Source: Chthoniobacterales bacterium (GTDB lineage Bacteria > Verrucomicrobiota > Verrucomicrobiia > Chthoniobacterales > Chthoniobacteraceae). Taken from it: a DNA stretch of 64,000 bases. A program made the position numbers and the translations under genes. Under the pieces are notes generated by a model, which was not told where the DNA came from, made no database searches, and saw nothing but the letters and a program-made list of their open reading frames with translations. The stretch is taken from positions 51,787 through 115,786 of the forward strand of contig JBBQZX010000017.1 of NCBI GenBank assembly GCA_038207335.1. The letters are read 5' to 3'. Of the stretch, positions 61,078-64,000 are shown piece by piece; the first letter of the stretch is position 1, and each line of letters begins with the position of its first letter.

Positions 61078-64000
61078 CTAACGCCCGCCAGACCACGAAT
61101 CCGCCAGCGCTTCCGCCTGCTTGAGCACCAGCGCGGTCGCCTCTTCCTGTCCTTCCGGCGGATATTTGTATTTGCGTAGGAGGCGTTTGATCAGCAGGCG
61201 CATACTCGCGCGGACGCTATCACGCACCTGCCAGTCCACCGTCGTGCTGGAGCGGAGTTTTTCGGTGAGTTCGGCCGCGAGTTTCTTCAGCGTTTCGTCG
61301 CCCATCTGCTGGAGAACTTCCGGACGCTCGGCGAGGGCATCGTAGAAGGCGATCTCGTCGGGATTCAGGCCGAGCTCCTCGTTGCGCTTGAGCGCTTGCT
61401 GAAAGTCTTTCGCCATCGCGATCAGTTCCTCGATCACCTGCCCGGTTTCGATGGCGCGGTTGTGATACTTCGCCAGCGTGGCGAGCAGGCGATCGCTGTA
61501 CTTCTTCTCCTGCACAATGTTCGTGCGGCTGCTGGATCGAATCTCGTCTTTGAGCAGGCGCTCCAGCAGTTCCACCGCGAGGTTCTTCAACGGCGTCTGG
61601 CGCACGTCTTCGAGGAACTCGTCGCTCAGCAGTCCGATATCCGGCTTCTCCAGGCCCGCGAGGGCGAAGATGTCGTTCACGCCTTCCGCCCGGATGGCGT
61701 TGTCGAGGATCTGCTTGAGCGCAGAGTTCTTCTCCTCCTCGGTGCGCTTCTTATCGACCGCTCCGTGTTTCACCAGCGCGGCGCGGATGGCGGAGAAGAA
61801 GGCAATTTCCGTCCGCAGCGCGGCGGCTTCGTCCAGCGTTGCGCACAGCGAATACGCTTTCGTTACCGAGGCCATCACATCGAGGAAACGCTTCTTGCCA
61901 TCATCAAGGCTGAGCAAGTGATTCGCCGCCGGAGCGAGCAAGGCTAGCGGCTTCGTCGCGAAGTCGCCGTAGTCAAAGCCGTGCATCATCCCGCGCACCG
62001 CATCCAGCTTCGCCAGCAGCACCTTCAAGGCTTCCTCCGCCTTGAGCGTCGGCTGACCTTTTCCATTGGCGTCGGTGTAAATCCTCAATGCGGCCTTCAG
62101 CTCCGCGGCGATGCCGATGTAATCGACCACCAGCCCGCCCGGCTTGTCCTTGAAGACCCGGTTCACCCGCGCGATGGCCTGCATCAGGTTGTAGCCGTGC
62201 ATCGGCTTGTCCACATACATCGTGTGGCAGGGCGGCGCGTCAAAGCCGGTCAGCCACATGTCACGCACGATCACGATCTTCAGCGGGTCCGCCGGGCCCT
62301 TGAAACGCCGCTCCAGCCGCCTCTTCTGCGCCTTGGTGTAAACGTGCTCCTGCACGCCCGCGCGATCCGTCGCATTCCCCGTCATGATGATCCGCACCGC
62401 GCCGTCCTCGGGATTCCAGCCCGTGCTGTTCGGCAGCTTCGTCCCCGCCCATTCCGGCCGCAGCTTCATGATCTCGGCGAAAAGACTCACGCAAATCTCC
62501 CGGCTCATCGCCACGAACATCGCCTTTCCCTCCAGCGCCGCCGTGCGCGTTTCAAAATGCTCCACCAGATCCGCCGCCACCTGCGCCAGCCGCGGCTGCG
62601 CGCCCACCAGCTTCGCGAGCTGCGTCCATTGGCTCTTCACCGTCTCCCGCGCCGCCACGTCTTCTTCGTCCTCGATCACTTCCTCCACGTCGTCGTTCAG
62701 CGCGTCGATCTCCTCGCGGTTGATGTCCAGCTTCGCCAGCCGGCTCTCGTAGTAGATCGGCACCGTCGCCTTGTCATCCACCGCATCCTGGATGTCGTAG
62801 ATCGAGACGTAATCGCCGAAAACCCCACGCGTATCGCGATCCTCCAGCGCGATCGGCGTCCCCGTGAAGCCGATGAACGACGCCCCCGGCAACGCCGAAC
62901 GCATATGCTTCGCATTGCCGAACACATACTCGCCCGTCTTCGTATTCAGCTTTCCCTTGATCCCGTATTGGCTGCGGTGCGCCTCATCCGCGATCACCAC
63001 CACATTGCTCCGCGTGCAGAGCGCCGGATGCGCCTTCTCGCCGTCGAGCAGGGAAAATTTCTGGATCGTCGTGAAAATGATGCCGCCCGATTGCCGCGCG
63101 CCCAGCATCTCGCGGAGCTGTTCCCGGCTCTCCGCCTGCTCGGGCGTCTGTTTGAGGAGATCCTTCGCCGCGCAGAATTGCTGGTAAAGCTGCCCGTCGA
63201 GATCGTTGCGATCCGTCACCACCACCAGCGGCGGGTTATTCATCACCGGCTGCTGCAGGAGCTTCCCCGCGTAGCAGCACATCGAGATGCTCTTGCCCGA
63301 GCCCTGCGTGTGCCAAAAGACGCCCGCCTTGTGCGAGCCGCGCTCGACCGTCTTCCCATAAGTCGCCCGCTCCTCTTCGCGCACGCGGCTGCTCTCCTCC
63401 GTCGCCGAGGCGATCAGCGTCACCCGCACCGCTTCCCGCACGCCATGGAATTGATGGTAGCCCGCGATCTTCTTGATCAGCGCATCGCCGTCCTGCTCGA
63501 AGAGCACGAAATAGCGGATGTAATCCAAAAACAAGTCCGGCCGGAAAAAGCCGCGCACCACCTTCTCCAGCTCGAATTCCAGCGCCGGTCGGTCGTTCTC
63601 ATTCGCAATCGTCCGCCACGGCATGAACCACTCCGGCGTCGCCGTCAGCGCGCCGACCCGCGCATTCATCCCATCGGAGACCACCAGAGCCTCGTTAAAG
63701 ACGAGCAGGTCCGCGATCTCCTCCTTGTAAGTCTGGAGCTGCTGGTAAGCCTTCCAGACATCCGCGTTCGCATCCGCCGGATTCTTCAGCTCCACGATCC
63801 CCAGCGGCAGCCCGTTGACGAACGCCACGAGGTCCGGGCGCCGCGGTTTCTTCGTCCCGGTGACGGTGAATTGATTCTCCACGAGGAAGTCGTTGTTCGC
63901 CGGATTTTGGAAATCGACGAGCTGCGCGTGATCCGTCTCCTTTTCGCCCTGCGCATTGGTGAACTCCACCTTCACCCCATCCATCAGCATCCGGTGAAAC
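61078..64000 (-). CDS. hsdR: Type I restriction endonuclease subunit R (5' end outside the window)
   Basis: RPDLVAFVNGLPLGIVELKN nuclease motif, HTQGSGKS, DEAHRSQY, FTGTP, DMWLTGFD, QAIARVNR, C-terminal DUF3387-like region. Confidence 0.95.
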   Translation of the reverse strand, partial: FHRMLMDGVKVEFTNAQGEKETDHAQLVDFQNPANNDFLVENQFTVTGTKKPRRPDLVAFVNGLPLGIVELKNPADANADVWKAYQQLQTYKEEIADLLVFNEALVVSDGMNARVGALTATPEWFMPWRTIANENDRPALEFELEKVVRGFFRPDLFLDYIRYFVLFEQDGDALIKKIAGYHQFHGVREAVRVTLIASATEESSRVREEERATYGKTVERGSHKAGVFWHTQGSGKSISMCCYAGKLLQQPVMNNPPLVVVTDRNDLDGQLYQQFCAAKDLLKQTPEQAESREQLREMLGARQSGGIIFTTIQKFSLLDGEKAHPALCTRSNVVVIADEAHRSQYGIKGKLNTKTGEYVFGNAKHMRSALPGASFIGFTGTPIALEDRDTRGVFGDYVSIYDIQDAVDDKATVPIYYESRLAKLDINREEIDALNDDVEEVIEDEEDVAARETVKSQWTQLAKLVGAQPRLAQVAADLVEHFETRTAALEGKAMFVAMSREICVSLFAEIMKLRPEWAGTKLPNSTGWNPEDGAVRIIMTGNATDRAGVQEHVYTKAQKRRLERRFKGPADPLKIVIVRDMWLTGFDAPPCHTMYVDKPMHGYNLMQAIARVNRVFKDKPGGLVVDYIGIAAELKAALRIYTDANGKGQPTLKAEEALKVLLAKLDAVRGMMHGFDYGDFATKPLALLAPAANHLLSLDDGKKRFLDVMASVTKAYSLCATLDEAAALRTEIAFFSAIRAALVKHGAVDKKRTEEEKNSALKQILDNAIRAEGVNDIFALAGLEKPDIGLLSDEFLEDVRQTPLKNLAVELLERLLKDEIRSSSRTNIVQEKKYSDRLLATLAKYHNRAIETGQVIEELIAMAKDFQQALKRNEELGLNPDEIAFYDALAERPEVLQQMGDETLKKLAAELTEKLRSSTTVDWQVRDSVRASMRLLIKRLLRKYKYPPEGQEEATALVLKQAEALADSWSGGR

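Overview
High-GC bacterial chromosome segment, most likely Verrucomicrobia (Spartobacteria/Chthoniobacterales-like). This is inferred from the TGTTC-N4-GAACA LexA box, PEP-CTERM and H-X9-DG prepilin genes and typical small beta-barrel and lipoprotein families. It is mostly housekeeping (partial mraZ, efp, aroC, prs-rplY-pth-rpsF-ssb, lexA-dinB, tyrA-aroA-cmk-plsC, fba, ispE, carA, lysA, lepA, gmhA), with small accessory blocks, GTAG-type REP palindromes and the 3' part of a type I restriction hsdR at the right edge. The best candidate for a novel system is at 57.2-60.1 kb: a divergent cobalamin-type riboswitch with a visible kissing-loop partner sits upstream of a PEP-CTERM surface protein and an H-X9-DG pilin-like gene, back-to-back with a DUF6580 membrane protein. 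This may be a non-BtuB corrinoid capture/uptake module. Other candidates: a GHMP-kinase/UDP-sugar pyrophosphorylase fusion salvage locus, a split transglutaminase/DUF2126 ligase cluster, a serine-less ACP-like protein, a Roadblock/DUF4388 pair without a GTPase, a split CbiX/DR2241 pair, and a switchable hairpin in front of tyrA. No rRNA, tRNA, CRISPR array or transposase was recognised. All family assignments come from motif recognition by eye, not from database searches.
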